From NCBI GenBank assembly GCA_040218735.1, contig JAVJQW010000043.1, positions 1 to 64,000 on the forward strand: DNA of 64,000 nucleotides, written 5' to 3'. Made by a program: the position numbers and the translations under genes. Positions within the stretch are counted from its first letter, which is position 1; every line of letters starts with the position of its first letter. Below, piece by piece: positions 9,879 to 20,093 of this stretch. Under the pieces are notes generated by a model. It worked only from the letters and a program-made list of their open reading frames with translations. It ran no database searches and was not told the DNA's origin. The stretch is from Deltaproteobacteria bacterium. Its GTDB lineage: Bacteria > Myxococcota > Kuafuiibacteriia > Kuafuiibacteriales > Kuafuiibacteriaceae.

Positions 9879-11447
9879 TCAGGCCGTACCGATCACCCGC
9901 GCGCGGGACTGCAGCACCTCCTCCTCCGTGAGGTCGGAGCACGCCGTGACGTCGAACGTCAGGGGCGCGCCCGTCTTCGGATCCTTCGGGAGGTACTGGA
10001 TCGTGCCGTCCTCGCCGAGCTCGATCGTCAGGTCGACGCAGTCCTCGCCCACGGGACAAGGGCCGATGCCGTGGATGACGAGCTCGGACAGCAGCTCGTT
10101 GTTCCAGAAGGTCTCGGTGTCACCCTGTTGAACCATCACGCGCAGGGAGGTCAGCGCCGGGCTCGGCTTGTCGAAGCGTGAAACGACGGTCGCCGGAACG
10201 GGCGAGCCCTTCCGGAGGAGCACGCGGTACCCCTCGCCGTCGGGCATGTACCGCTGACTGAAGGTGACGACTTCGATCGCGCCGATGTTCTGCGCCGTCA
10301 CGTCGGACACGACCGGGGCCTCACCGGCGGCCGCGAGCACCGCGGCTCCGCGCACGCTCGCTTCGCTGTCCGCGTAGGTCGGCGTTCGATCGAAGAACGC
10401 GCGCGCCATGCGTTTCACCTGCGGGAGCCGGGTCGCGTCGCCGACGAGGAGGACTTCGTCGATCGTCTCGCTTCCGTTGCCGGCCTCCCGCAGCACCTTC
10501 TCGGTGATCTGAAAGAGCCGCTCCGTGAGATCCACGACGAGGCGCTCGAGCTTCTCTTCGGTCAACACGCGCGGCACGCACGAACCACCTCGGCCGGATG
10601 TGAGTCGAACCTCGGTGCGCGGCTCGACACTCAACATACGCTTGGCGCGCTCCGCCTCCACGACGAGATGGCCCAGCGCCGCTCGATCGTGCCGTAGATC
10701 GATTTGTTGTTCTCGCAGGTAGCCGAAGACCATCCACTCGATGATCCGCATTCCGTAGTCGTCACCCCCCAGGTACGTGTCCCCCGCCGTCCCGAGGACC
10801 TCGACGCGCCCCTCGCCCGCCGACACCAACGACGCATCGAAGCTCCCGCCGCCGAGGCGGAACACGACGATGCGTCGGCGGTCGGGTCGACCTCGTGCGT
10901 AGTCGAGCGCCGCCGCGGTCGGTTCGTTCACGAGGCGGACGTCGTCGAACCCCGCGATCCGCGCGGCGTCCTTCGTCGCGCGGCGTTGGCTGTGCCCGAA
11001 GCACGCGGGGACGGTGACGACGCACCGTTCGACCGCGCACCCGAGGCGCCGCTCCGCGGTGACCTTCAGGTGCCGAAGGACGTAGGCGCTGAGCTCCGGG
11101 AGACTGAATGCCCGACCGCCGAGCTCCGCGCGAGCGTCGTGGTGGGGGCCCTCCACGAGCCGATAGTTGCCGGTCTCCAGCGCCGCGGCGACCGGGGGGC
11201 TGTTCCACTTGCGTCCGATCAAACGGCGGATGGAGTACGCAGCCTCGCCGGTCTCGACCATCGACGCTGCGTCGTGCCCGACCAAAACCTCACCGTCCTC
11301 CGCGACGCCGACCATCGCCGGCGTGGACCTCCGGCCGAACGCGTCCGCGATGACTTCGACGGTGCCGTCGTCGAGCACCACCGCCACGCGGGCGTTCGTC
11401 GTGCCGAGGTCGATGCCGATGACCGGAGCGCTCACGCCAACACCCAT
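9879..11447 (-). CDS. Atypical Hsp70/DnaK-family protein (short, degenerate motifs)
   Basis: GIDLGTTN, VTVPACF, NEPTAAAL, LGGGSFD, GDTYLGG; 522 aa, no helical lid. Confidence 0.88.
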   Translation of the reverse strand: MGVGVSAPVIGIDLGTTNARVAVVLDDGTVEVIADAFGRRSTPAMVGVAEDGEVLVGHDAASMVETGEAAYSIRRLIGRKWNSPPVAAALETGNYRLVEGPHHDARAELGGRAFSLPELSAYVLRHLKVTAERRLGCAVERCVVTVPACFGHSQRRATKDAARIAGFDDVRLVNEPTAAALDYARGRPDRRRIVVFRLGGGSFDASLVSAGEGRVEVLGTAGDTYLGGDDYGMRIIEWMVFGYLREQQIDLRHDRAALGHLVVEAERAKRMLSVEPRTEVRLTSGRGGSCVPRVLTEEKLERLVVDLTERLFQITEKVLREAGNGSETIDEVLLVGDATRLPQVKRMARAFFDRTPTYADSEASVRGAAVLAAAGEAPVVSDVTAQNIGAIEVVTFSQRYMPDGEGYRVLLRKGSPVPATVVSRFDKPSPALTSLRVMVQQGDTETFWNNELLSELVIHGIGPCPVGEDCVDLTIELGEDGTIQYLPKDPKTGAPLTFDVTACSDLTEEEVLQSRARVIGTA

Positions 11448-11456
11448 GACCGGATT

Positions 11457-12662
11457 CTACAACGCGCGCTTCGGCGGCACCGTGATGTTCGCCATCAGCA
11501 GGCCCGCGACGATCGACACCGCCGCGAGGAGCGTCGCAAACGCGCTCGTCACGCCGCCGAGCGGGTCCTCGGCGAGGAGCTGCGACAGGCTCCGCATCCC
11601 CACCGAGCCCGGGACGAGCAGGAGCAGGCCCGGCACGATCAGCACGACGGCGGGGCGCGACGCGACGCGCGCGTAGATGTTCCCGCTGAGACACACCAGG
11701 TACGCGCCGACGAAGATCCCGATCTCCCCGCCGAGCGCTTCGCCGCCGATGCGCGCCCCCAACAACCCGACGCTCGCGGCGAACAGGATCACCGGCGCCG
11801 TGCGCACCGGCGCGCGGAACAGCACGACCAGCCCGACGCACGCGACGAACAGGAAGAACACAAACGTCCACTGCGGCAGCGCCTCCGGCGTCACCGGCCC
11901 CGGCACCTCCCACAGCAACGCCTGCACCCGCGTCCCCAGCGCGACGCCGAAGATCAGCTGCAGGAACACCACCGTCGCCGCGGTGAGCCGCGCGGAGCCC
12001 GACACCAGGTTGCGCGTCGCGATCTCCGCGAGCGCCGTCGTCAGCGTGAGGCCGGGGATCAAGACGATGAGGCCCGCGAGCGTCACCACGAACGGCGCGA
12101 TGGAGACGCCGAACCGGTGCATCGCCCCCGCGATCATCGTCGCCGTGAACGCCGCCACCAGATCAAACGCACGTGCCCCCGCCGGCGAACGCCCCATCAC
12201 CGTCGCCATCACGCCGACGAGCAACCCGATCCCACCGGCCACCGCGATCTCCGCGACCCCACCGCCGAAGAACCGCCCCGCAGAGGCAGAGACCAGACCG
12301 TAGGAGAGGATGGTCATCGAGCGCCGGTACGGCACCGGCGCATCGTCGATCGAACGCACGCGCTCACGCGCCTGAGCGGGATCCACGTCCGACGACAGCT
12401 CGCCGACGAGGCGGTCGAGCTCGATCAATTTCGTGAGGTCGACCTCCGAGCCGTGGACGCGCAGCACGTTCGTCTGCGTCGTCTCGCCGATCCGGAACGT
12501 CGCCATGATCGACGTCGGTGCCGAGAAGAACTCCCCGTCGAGATCGAAGTGGCGCGACGCGCGCCCGAGCGCCTCCTCTAGGCGGTGCGCCGGCGCGCCG
12601 TACTTCGCGAGCGCGCGACCGAGCGCGAGGACGAACTCGGTCGCCTGTCGTTCTGGGGTCAG
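11457..12662 (-). CDS. Threonine/serine exporter family (ThrE + ThrE_2) membrane protein; start codon uncertain
   Basis: LGRALAKYGAPAHRLEE, LIVLIPGLTLTTALAEI..NLVSGSARL, LLLVPGSVG; ~10 TM helices. Confidence 0.85.
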   Translation of the reverse strand: MTPERQATEFVLALGRALAKYGAPAHRLEEALGRASRHFDLDGEFFSAPTSIMATFRIGETTQTNVLRVHGSEVDLTKLIELDRLVGELSSDVDPAQARERVRSIDDAPVPYRRSMTILSYGLVSASAGRFFGGGVAEIAVAGGIGLLVGVMATVMGRSPAGARAFDLVAAFTATMIAGAMHRFGVSIAPFVVTLAGLIVLIPGLTLTTALAEIATRNLVSGSARLTAATVVFLQLIFGVALGTRVQALLWEVPGPVTPEALPQWTFVFFLFVACVGLVVLFRAPVRTAPVILFAASVGLLGARIGGEALGGEIGIFVGAYLVCLSGNIYARVASRPAVVLIVPGLLLLVPGSVGMRSLSQLLAEDPLGGVTSAFATLLAAVSIVAGLLMANITVPPKRAL

Positions 12663-15382
12663 CGCACGACCTGCTGCGAGAAGCGCTCGATCAACCCGTT
12701 CGCGCCGATGTCGTCGAGCCCCACGCCGTAGAGCGACGTCGAAGCGCGCCCGCCGAGGTCCAGGTCCTCGAGGAAGATGCTGGAGCTCGCCGCGTGGTCG
12801 TCCATCCCGCCGGGAGGGGTCGGGAGCGTGAACGACGACACCGACGACGGTCCGACGACCACCCACGAACCGGTCGTGCTCGAGAACCGCACGCGCCACG
12901 CATCACCGGCGGCCGTCGCGCCGAGGACGCGGGTACCGTCGTCGTACGAGCCGCCGGGGGTGTCGAGCCAGCCGCGGTCGAGCGACACCTCGGTCGGCAG
13001 CGCGTCGCCCACGAACATCTGCGCGCTCATCGTCGGCGCGAGGCTCCCGCCGCCGATGTTCGCGGCCGTCGCGAGGACGGCGTAGGCGCCGACTTCGAGG
13101 CCGCGGTGCGCAGGCGCCATCGCCGTCGAGAACGAGCCGACGTTGCCGGCCGCCGAGAGCCCGTCCATGCCGAGCGGCACGAAGCCGACGCGCGGCACGA
13201 TCACGCCGGAGACCAAGATGATCGCCGTCGCGCCCGCGGGCGCCATCGCCGCGTCGCCCGAGACCTGGACGCGGAGCCGCTGCAGCGTGTCCGGGGTGAC
13301 CGAGACCTGCGCGAACCCGGAGTAGTCCGGCACCACCTCCGTGGTGTCGCCGTCGCCGTCCACGTCGTCCGTGTCGACGACCTCGGGGAGGGGCGTCAGC
13401 GTGGTGTAGTTGCCGGTCGTGCCGTGCGTGAACGCCTGCAGCACCGGCAGCAGGTTGGTCACGATGTCACCGCCGCCGGTGAGGCCGAGGTCCGCAAGGC
13501 CGACGAGCCCGCCGAAGCTCCACGCCGTGCGACGCCCGGCGCGGGTCTCGGAGTGGTACTCGCCCTTCACGGTGATCGGGATGCCGATGGTCGCGATCGC
13601 CGTCGCCGCCGCCGGGACCTCGATGCCGCCGCCACCGGGGATCGAGAACGCAAACACGTTGCTGCCGAAGAGCATCGAAGGCGTCAGCTCGGACAGCGGC
13701 GCCGCGAACGATGCACCGGAGAACGCGATCTCCACGTTGCCGTCGCCCTGCACCATGCTCAGATCGATCGGCCCGGTCATGCCGGTCGAGCGGTCCGTGC
13801 GCGTGATCGTCGGCAGGCGGATCGTCGCGCTCCCGTCGAGCCCGAGCACCGTCACGTAGTCGTGGTTCGACGCGTACACCGAGCACGTCACGGAGGACGT
13901 CCCCGCGAACGTCACCACGCCGTTCGTGCCCGTGACCTGCGTGTCCGTTCCGCAAACGACCGTCGCCGCCTCGACCGGGGCGCCGGTCGTCTCGGAGACC
14001 ACGAGGATCGCGCGCGCGTCGAGGTTTTCGAGCGCCACCGGCTGCGAGCTCACCGTCATCGCGCCCGTGTCGACGCTCGCCACGATCTCGGTCGTCCCCA
14101 GCGTCTGTCCGCCGGTCGCGAGCCCTGCCGCGTCGATCGTCGCGACGTCCGTCATCGAGCTCATCCACGCGACGGTCACGCCGGGGACCACCTCGTCGTT
14201 GGCGTCGTACGCCACCGCGCGGAAGCGGTACGTCGTCCCCGCGGTCACCGAGCCGGCGGTCGTGATGATCTCGACCGTCGCCACCGCGCTGCCGTCGTTC
14301 GGCGGCACACACTCGCCACGCACGCAGACTTCGCCGGTCGCGCAGTCGCCCTCGCCGCGGCACACCTCGGGCACACACCGCGCGCCGATGCAGTCGAAGC
14401 CGGCCGGGCACATCCCGTTGTTGCAGGCCTCCGCGGGCTGGCAGTGGCGGTCGTCGCAGTACCGACTCGGCTGGCAGTCGCGGTCGCCGCGGCAGGTGTC
14501 GAGCTCGATGCACTCACCCGCGATGCACTCGAAGTTCGGCTGGCAGTCGTCGGGCACGTTGACGTCGCACATCTGCACTTCGATGCACCGGCCGTGGCCC
14601 ATGTCCGCGCCCTCGCAGCGCTCGTTGTTGCCGGTGCAGTCGGAGTCCATCGCGCACTCGGCCGGGACACACAGCTGGCTCATCGCCGGGCCTTCGCAGA
14701 TGAAGCCGCTCGGGCAGACGAGGTCGTCGAAGCAGCGCTGGTTGCACTCGCCGGTCAGGGTGTCGCATTGGAACGCCATCGGGTTGCCGCACTGCTCGTC
14801 CATCGTGCACGGGTCGCGGCACACCTCCTGGACGCAGCGCTGGTCCGTCGGGCAGTCCGACGAGAACGTGCAGTCCTGCGGCGCCTGACAGAACCCACCG
14901 ACGCAGATGTCGCCGGCCGTCATGCAGTCGGTGTCCACCGTGCACGCCTCCGCGACCGGCTCGACGCAAAGCCGCGAGTCGCCGTCGCAGACGAGGCCGT
15001 CGGGACACACTCCCGCGTCGCACATCGGCGACTCGGCACACGCGCCGTCCACACAGACCAGCGAGTCACACTGGCCGGCGCCGTCGCACGCGCGCGGGAT
15101 GCACGCGTTTCGGCAGCCGCGCGTCAGACCGCAGCCGGTGACCATCGTGTCACACGCCATGCCGGGGCCGCATTCGGAGTCCATGGCGCATTCATCGCCG
15201 GTGCCCGCGGTGCAGGTCATCGCGTCGTTGCAGAACTGGTCGGCGGGGCAATCGTCGTCCGTCGTGCAGCGGCCGTCCTTGACGTCGTCCGTGCCGTCGT
15301 CGTCCCCGGAGCAGGCGAGCGGTGTGACTGTGAAGCTGAGCGCGAGCAGGTACCAGATGGAGCGGTTCACGCCGCGCAACAT
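12659..15382 (-). CDS. Cys-rich repeat lipoprotein with Ig-like (BIG2) domain, myxobacterial type
   Basis: Lipobox PLAC; many C-x4/5-C-x5-C repeats (CTTDDDCPADQFC); W.SS..DVATID..GLATG Ig motif; DTDDVDGDGD acidic loop. Confidence 0.8.
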   Translation of the reverse strand: MLRGVNRSIWYLLALSFTVTPLACSGDDDGTDDVKDGRCTTDDDCPADQFCNDAMTCTAGTGDECAMDSECGPGMACDTMVTGCGLTRGCRNACIPRACDGAGQCDSLVCVDGACAESPMCDAGVCPDGLVCDGDSRLCVEPVAEACTVDTDCMTAGDICVGGFCQAPQDCTFSSDCPTDQRCVQEVCRDPCTMDEQCGNPMAFQCDTLTGECNQRCFDDLVCPSGFICEGPAMSQLCVPAECAMDSDCTGNNERCEGADMGHGRCIEVQMCDVNVPDDCQPNFECIAGECIELDTCRGDRDCQPSRYCDDRHCQPAEACNNGMCPAGFDCIGARCVPEVCRGEGDCATGEVCVRGECVPPNDGSAVATVEIITTAGSVTAGTTYRFRAVAYDANDEVVPGVTVAWMSSMTDVATIDAAGLATGGQTLGTTEIVASVDTGAMTVSSQPVALENLDARAILVVSETTGAPVEAATVVCGTDTQVTGTNGVVTFAGTSSVTCSVYASNHDYVTVLGLDGSATIRLPTITRTDRSTGMTGPIDLSMVQGDGNVEIAFSGASFAAPLSELTPSMLFGSNVFAFSIPGGGGIEVPAAATAIATIGIPITVKGEYHSETRAGRRTAWSFGGLVGLADLGLTGGGDIVTNLLPVLQAFTHGTTGNYTTLTPLPEVVDTDDVDGDGDTTEVVPDYSGFAQVSVTPDTLQRLRVQVSGDAAMAPAGATAIILVSGVIVPRVGFVPLGMDGLSAAGNVGSFSTAMAPAHRGLEVGAYAVLATAANIGGGSLAPTMSAQMFVGDALPTEVSLDRGWLDTPGGSYDDGTRVLGATAAGDAWRVRFSSTTGSWVVVGPSSVSSFTLPTPPGGMDDHAASSSIFLEDLDLGGRASTSLYGVGLDDIGANGLIERFSQQVVR

Positions 15383-15428
15383 ATCCGGAAGGCAGCCCGA
15401 GACAAGCGGCCGATGGGCCCAGGGCGCC

Positions 15429-16355
15429 TCAATCGGCGTCGCCGAGGATCCGCAGGGCGTTGCGCCGCAGCGCGGCGGGCCCCGTTCGCTGCACCGCCGT
15501 ACCGCGGAGCACGTCCGCGATCGCACCCTCGTCACCCGTGAACGTCGTCGGATCCGGCCGCGACATCGCCGGACGCACCGCGAGCCGGTCCTCTTCGGTC
15601 GGCCGCGCGAACTTGTTCCAGGGGCACACCTCCTGGCAGACGTCGCACCCCGCCAACCACCCGTGCAGATCCGGCGTGGTCGCGTCGAAGGCCCCCCGGT
15701 GCTCGACGTTCCAGTAGGTGATGCACTTCTTCGCGTCGAGCTGGTACGGGCCGTCGAAGGCGTCCGTCGGGCACGCGTCGAGGCACGCCGTGCAGCTGCC
15801 GCAGCGATCCGGGTGCGGCGTGTCGGGCACCAGCTCCATCGTGGTGATCAGCGTGGCGAGGAAGGTGTAGGTCCCGAGCCGGGTGCCGATCGCCATCGTC
15901 GACTTCCCGATCCACGCGATCCCCGCTCGTTGGGCCCACGCCCGCTCCAGCACCGCGCTCGTGTCGACGGTCGGCATCACGCCGGCCTCGGGATCGATCT
16001 GGAGGAGCCGCTTCCTCAGCCGCCGAATCCGTTTGCGCACCACGACGTGGTAGTCGTCGCCGACCACGTACCGCGAGACCTTCAACGGCGCCGCGGGGAT
16101 GTGTTCCGGGCGGTAGTAGGACATCGCGAGGGCGACGACGCTCTTCGCGCCCTCGACGAGCCGGCGCGGGTCCTCGCGCACGTCTACGTTCGTCTTCATG
16201 TATTCGAGATCCGCGGCGAACCCGCGTCGGACCCACGCGGCGAGGCGTCCCTCGCGATCGATGTGGTCGGCGCGGGCGATGCCGACGGCGTCGAAGCCGA
16301 GGGCGTGGGCCGCCTCCCGCACCGCTTCGGTCCGAGCCCGCGCGACGACGTCCAC
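15429..16355 (-). CDS. queG: tRNA epoxyqueuosine(34) reductase
   Basis: SRY..GDDYH, VDTSAVLERAWA..AG, CGSCTACLDACPT, GCDVCQEVCPWN. Confidence 0.95.
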   Translation of the reverse strand: MDVVARARTEAVREAAHALGFDAVGIARADHIDREGRLAAWVRRGFAADLEYMKTNVDVREDPRRLVEGAKSVVALAMSYYRPEHIPAAPLKVSRYVVGDDYHVVVRKRIRRLRKRLLQIDPEAGVMPTVDTSAVLERAWAQRAGIAWIGKSTMAIGTRLGTYTFLATLITTMELVPDTPHPDRCGSCTACLDACPTDAFDGPYQLDAKKCITYWNVEHRGAFDATTPDLHGWLAGCDVCQEVCPWNKFARPTEEDRLAVRPAMSRPDPTTFTGDEGAIADVLRGTAVQRTGPAALRRNALRILGDAD

Positions 16356-16443
16356 CCCTCATCGTTACCACGCCGCGATCCGCATGGGGGCTTTGCACAC
16401 GATCGTTGACTCTGTCCTCGCGCCTGACTAACGCGCTCCCCCG

Positions 16444-17349
16444 ATGCGTACTCTGTATGGGGCGGCGATCGCCGCCGCGACGATCCTCACTTCTGTTGCG
16501 TGCAGCTCTCCGGGTCGTGTGGCGGCCTGGGAGAAGGACGGGATGGCCGGGGGCGGCACGGCGACCTCCACCAGCGCCGGCGCCCAGATGCACGACGAAG
16601 CCCTCGCCCTGTTCGCGCAGCGCGACGACAAGGCCAAGCTCGAGCAGGCGATCGCCAAGTGGGAGCAGGTCGTCGAGAAGAACCCGCGCCACGCCGAGGC
16701 GCTCACGATGCTGTCGCGCGCGAACTACTTCCTCGCCGACGGTTACCTCGCGCTCGAGTCCGGTCAGACCGAGGTCGAGATGAAGACCTACGAGAAGGGC
16801 GCCGACTACGGCGAGCGCGCGCTGATCGTCCTCGAGCCGGAGTTCGAGAAGGCGATGCGCGCCGAGCAGAAGTTCGAGGACGCGATCGGCGGCATCGGCA
16901 AGGCGGGGATCCCGGCCGCGTACTGGTACGCGGTGAACCTCGGCCGCTTCGCCTCGAAGCAGGGCCTGTCGGCGCGCCTGTATTACAAGGACAAGCTCGC
17001 CGCGACGATGCAGCGCATCCTCGACCTCGACGAGAAGTTCTTCTACGGCGCGGCGCACCGTTACTTCGGCGCGTTCTACTCGATCCTCCCCGGCATCGCC
17101 GGCAAGGACCTCGACAAGTCCGCGATGCACTTCTCGAAGTCGCTGGAGTTTGCGCCCGAGTACATCGGGACGAAGGTCGTGAAGGCGCAGTTCCTCGCGG
17201 TCGAGCTCGACGACGAGGACATGTACCGCGCGCTCCTCCAGGAGGTGCTCGCGGGTGAGGACACGGACAACGGCGACATCGCGCCGGAGAACCGTGCCGC
17301 GAAGCGCACCGCGAAGAAGATGCTCGACAACGCCGACGAGATCTTCTGA
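16444..17349 (+). CDS. TRAP-associated TPR-like lipoprotein (TatT / T component of TPAT)
   Basis: Lipobox SVAC; helical repeats; LDEKFFYGAAHRYFG..Y..LPGIAGKDLDKS..HF; sits directly before dctP. Confidence 0.8.
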   Translation: MRTLYGAAIAAATILTSVACSSPGRVAAWEKDGMAGGGTATSTSAGAQMHDEALALFAQRDDKAKLEQAIAKWEQVVEKNPRHAEALTMLSRANYFLADGYLALESGQTEVEMKTYEKGADYGERALIVLEPEFEKAMRAEQKFEDAIGGIGKAGIPAAYWYAVNLGRFASKQGLSARLYYKDKLAATMQRILDLDEKFFYGAAHRYFGAFYSILPGIAGKDLDKSAMHFSKSLEFAPEYIGTKVVKAQFLAVELDDEDMYRALLQEVLAGEDTDNGDIAPENRAAKRTAKKMLDNADEIF

Positions 17350-17401
17350 ATCCCGCCTCGCGCCGCCCCGTCCAACCTCCTGGCCAACGAAAGGTGACGA
17401 C

Positions 17402-18412
17402 ATGACGCGTTCCATCCTCCTGCTCCCGCTCCTGAGCCTCGCGCTCGCGGCTCCGGCCCTCGCTGCCGACGGCGACCAGATCGTCGTGAAGGCGGGCACC
17501 GTCGCGCCCGACGGCACGCCGTGGTCCGAGCTCCTCAAGCGCATGAAGCGCCGCTTCAAGAAGGACTCCGACAAGCGCATCAAGCTGAAGTCGTACCTGG
17601 GCGGTCGGCTCGGCGGCGAAAAGGAGATGCTCCGCGAGACACGCGAGGGCCGCATCCACCTGTGGGGCGGCTCGACGGCGGCGATGGCGACGATGGTCCC
17701 GGAGCTGTCGGTGCTCGAGGCGCCGTTCCTCTTCGACGACGACAAGGAGGCCGACTTCGTCCTCGAGCGTGTGCGTCCGCACGTGAAGGCGCTGCTCGAG
17801 AAGCAGGGCTTCGTCTTCTACCAGTACAGCGAGAACGGCTGGCACGGCCTCGCGCTGAAGGAGACGTGTGTGAAGACGATGGAGGACCTGAAGGGCCGCA
17901 AGATCCGGAGCCAGGAGTCCAAGATCCACCTCGACACCTTCAAGGCGATGGGCGCGAACCCGGTCGAGATGGCGGTGCCCGAGGTGCTCCCGGCGCTCAA
18001 GCAGGGCGTGGTCGACGGCTTCTCCAACACGCCGCTCTTCTCGTTCGCGACGAGCTGGTACCAGGGCGTCGGTCACTTCACGGACACGAACCACATCTAC
18101 CAGCCTGCGGTGCTGGTCTACTCGAAGAAGTGGTTCGACAAGCAGCCGAAGGACGCCCAGAAGGTCCTGCTCGACGGCGTCGAGGGCGACGAGAAGTTCG
18201 GTCGCAACGGCATCCGGGCGATTCGCCAGGGGCTGATGGACAACTTCACGAAGTCGAAGATCGAGGTCTGCACACCTTCGCCGGCGTTGGTCGCCGAGAT
18301 GAAGAAGGCGACGGCGAACATCTTCGATCAGTACGAGAAGAAGTCGACGAAGGCCGGCAAGGCGCTCTTCAAGGCCATCCGCGACGCGAAGGCCGCCTAC
18401 AAGAAGAAGTAG
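17402..18412 (+). CDS. dctP: TRAP transporter substrate-binding protein
   Basis: GTVAPDGTPW, GGRLGGEKEM, DLKGRKIR, EVLPALKQGVVDG; signal peptide. Confidence 0.92.
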   Translation: MTRSILLLPLLSLALAAPALAADGDQIVVKAGTVAPDGTPWSELLKRMKRRFKKDSDKRIKLKSYLGGRLGGEKEMLRETREGRIHLWGGSTAAMATMVPELSVLEAPFLFDDDKEADFVLERVRPHVKALLEKQGFVFYQYSENGWHGLALKETCVKTMEDLKGRKIRSQESKIHLDTFKAMGANPVEMAVPEVLPALKQGVVDGFSNTPLFSFATSWYQGVGHFTDTNHIYQPAVLVYSKKWFDKQPKDAQKVLLDGVEGDEKFGRNGIRAIRQGLMDNFTKSKIEVCTPSPALVAEMKKATANIFDQYEKKSTKAGKALFKAIRDAKAAYKKK

Positions 18413-18414
18413 GC

Positions 18415-19176
18415 TCAGCGTTCGCCGAAGGACAGCTCGAACCCGAGCCCCAGTCCGACGTTGATCCCCTCCGCCGGCCCGTGACCGCCGGCCAGATACA
18501 GCTCGAACCCCGCGATGCGTCCGCCCGCGTGCAGGAGCACGGTGATGGGTTCGACGCGCCAGCGCGCGACGGCCGGGCCCCCGATCGTGATCGCGCCGCT
18601 GCCCGCGCTCCAGGGGATCGTGACGCCGCCCAGCCCGCGCACGAAGCCGAACCAGTGGCCCGCGAGCCGGACCTCGAGCTCGGCGCCTGCCAACAGCGAT
18701 GACGCGTTGCGACCGTCGACGAAGGGCTCGCGCCCGACGGGCACGTAACCGGCGGAGACCAGCAGCCACAGGCGTGGTGCGGCCTGAAAGCCGTAGCCGA
18801 CGCCGAAGTAGCCGGACAACGAAGACGCCTGGCCGGTCCACGCGTGGCCGACCGCGAGGAAGCTCAGCCGGTGCATGGCGGGCCGGGCGCCGTGGTCGCC
18901 GTCCGGTTCCTCGACGGTGAGGTCGACGGGGCCGCCGCGGGCGAGCACGCGACGCACCTGGTCGAGTCGCTCGACCGGGATGTCGTTCACGCGCACCACA
19001 CGGGCGCCGACGCGCAGCCCCGCCTGCGCCGCGGGGCTCCGGGGGCGGACGTCGGCCACGAACAGCGCGCCGTCGTCGGCCTCGATCACGATGCCGTAGG
19101 CCGGGATCTCGACGGAATCCGCCGGCTCGGCCGCCGCGATGCAGACGAGCGCGACCAGGGCGACGCCGTTCCCCAC
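18415..19176 (-). CDS. Exported PDZ-domain protein with C-terminal beta-strand-rich (possible OM barrel) region
   Basis: YGIVI..VADVRPRSPAAQAGLRVGARVVRVND PDZ motif; alternating hydrophobic strands ending VGLGLGFELSF; GTG start inferred. Confidence 0.68.
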   Translation of the reverse strand: MGNGVALVALVCIAAAEPADSVEIPAYGIVIEADDGALFVADVRPRSPAAQAGLRVGARVVRVNDIPVERLDQVRRVLARGGPVDLTVEEPDGDHGARPAMHRLSFLAVGHAWTGQASSLSGYFGVGYGFQAAPRLWLLVSAGYVPVGREPFVDGRNASSLLAGAELEVRLAGHWFGFVRGLGGVTIPWSAGSGAITIGGPAVARWRVEPITVLLHAGGRIAGFELYLAGGHGPAEGINVGLGLGFELSFGER

Positions 19177-19244
19177 GGGCCGGACGATGCGGGGATCCCA
19201 AAATCCTGTCCATCCGACGGCAAAACGTTCTAAAGCGATCGGCG

Positions 19245-20093
19245 ATGCGTTCGGTCCTCGGCGCCCTGGTGGTCCTGTCGTTGGGGCTGATCCTGTTCCC
19301 GGGTTTCGGCGAGGTGTGGATCCTCCTGCTGCTCGTCGGCGCGGCCGGCTTCGGCATCGCGAGCAAGGGGGGCGCCGTCGAAGGGCTGCGCGCGCTCGAC
19401 GACATCGTCTACGCGGGGGAGCGCCTGCTCGTCGCGATATCGCTCGTGGTGATGGCGTTCTTCGTCTTCCTCGACGTCGTGTGGCGCACCGCGCACTCGG
19501 TCGAGGGGGCGACGGCCTACGGCTTCCCGATCGCGATCTTCTTGCTCTGCCTCCTCGGTGGGTACACCACGCGGTGGAGCGTCTCGCTCGGCATGCGGTT
19601 GGCGGCCGGCGTCGGTATGTTCGGCGCGCTCGCGGCGGGGACCGCGCTCGTCTACCAGGCACCGAACGGCTTCGGCTGGTCGCAGACCCTCGCGCTCGCG
19701 TTGATCATCTGGGTCGGGTTGCTCGGCGGCTCGATGGCGACGCGCGAAGGGCGCCACATCGCGGTCGACGCCGTGAAGCGTGTGATCCCCGTGAAGCTCA
19801 AACGCGCCTTCGAGATCGCCGCGGGCAGCGCGACGGTGTTGCTGGCCACGGTGCTCGCGGTGCTCGGCACGATGTACGCGCGCGGCAACTACGTGGACTG
19901 GGTCGGCTCCGAGTACCGCGCGTTTTTGTGGGACTCGCTGGGGATGCCGTACTGGGCGGCCACCGTGTCGATCCCGATCGGCTTCGGGCTCATGGCGGTG
20001 CGCTTCCTCGGCGTCGCGATCTTCGGGGCGAAGGAAGTCGACCTGCTGACCTCGGTCGGTGCGGGCGGCGGTGACGAGGAGCTGTCGTCATGA
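19245..20093 (+). CDS. dctQ: TRAP small permease (extended)
   Basis: IWVGLLGGSMATREGRHIAVD motif; multiple TM; ATGA-coupled to dctM. Confidence 0.88.
   Translation: MRSVLGALVVLSLGLILFPGFGEVWILLLLVGAAGFGIASKGGAVEGLRALDDIVYAGERLLVAISLVVMAFFVFLDVVWRTAHSVEGATAYGFPIAIFLLCLLGGYTTRWSVSLGMRLAAGVGMFGALAAGTALVYQAPNGFGWSQTLALALIIWVGLLGGSMATREGRHIAVDAVKRVIPVKLKRAFEIAAGSATVLLATVLAVLGTMYARGNYVDWVGSEYRAFLWDSLGMPYWAATVSIPIGFGLMAVRFLGVAIFGAKEVDLLTSVGAGGGDEELSS

Noticed and set aside
12518-15541. 1007-aa plus-strand ORF and similar long Arg/Pro-rich ORFs (e.g. 43726-46671, 23287-26013, 16703-19405)
   Set aside because: Typical high-GC shadow frames overlapping well-supported genes; no recognisable motifs.
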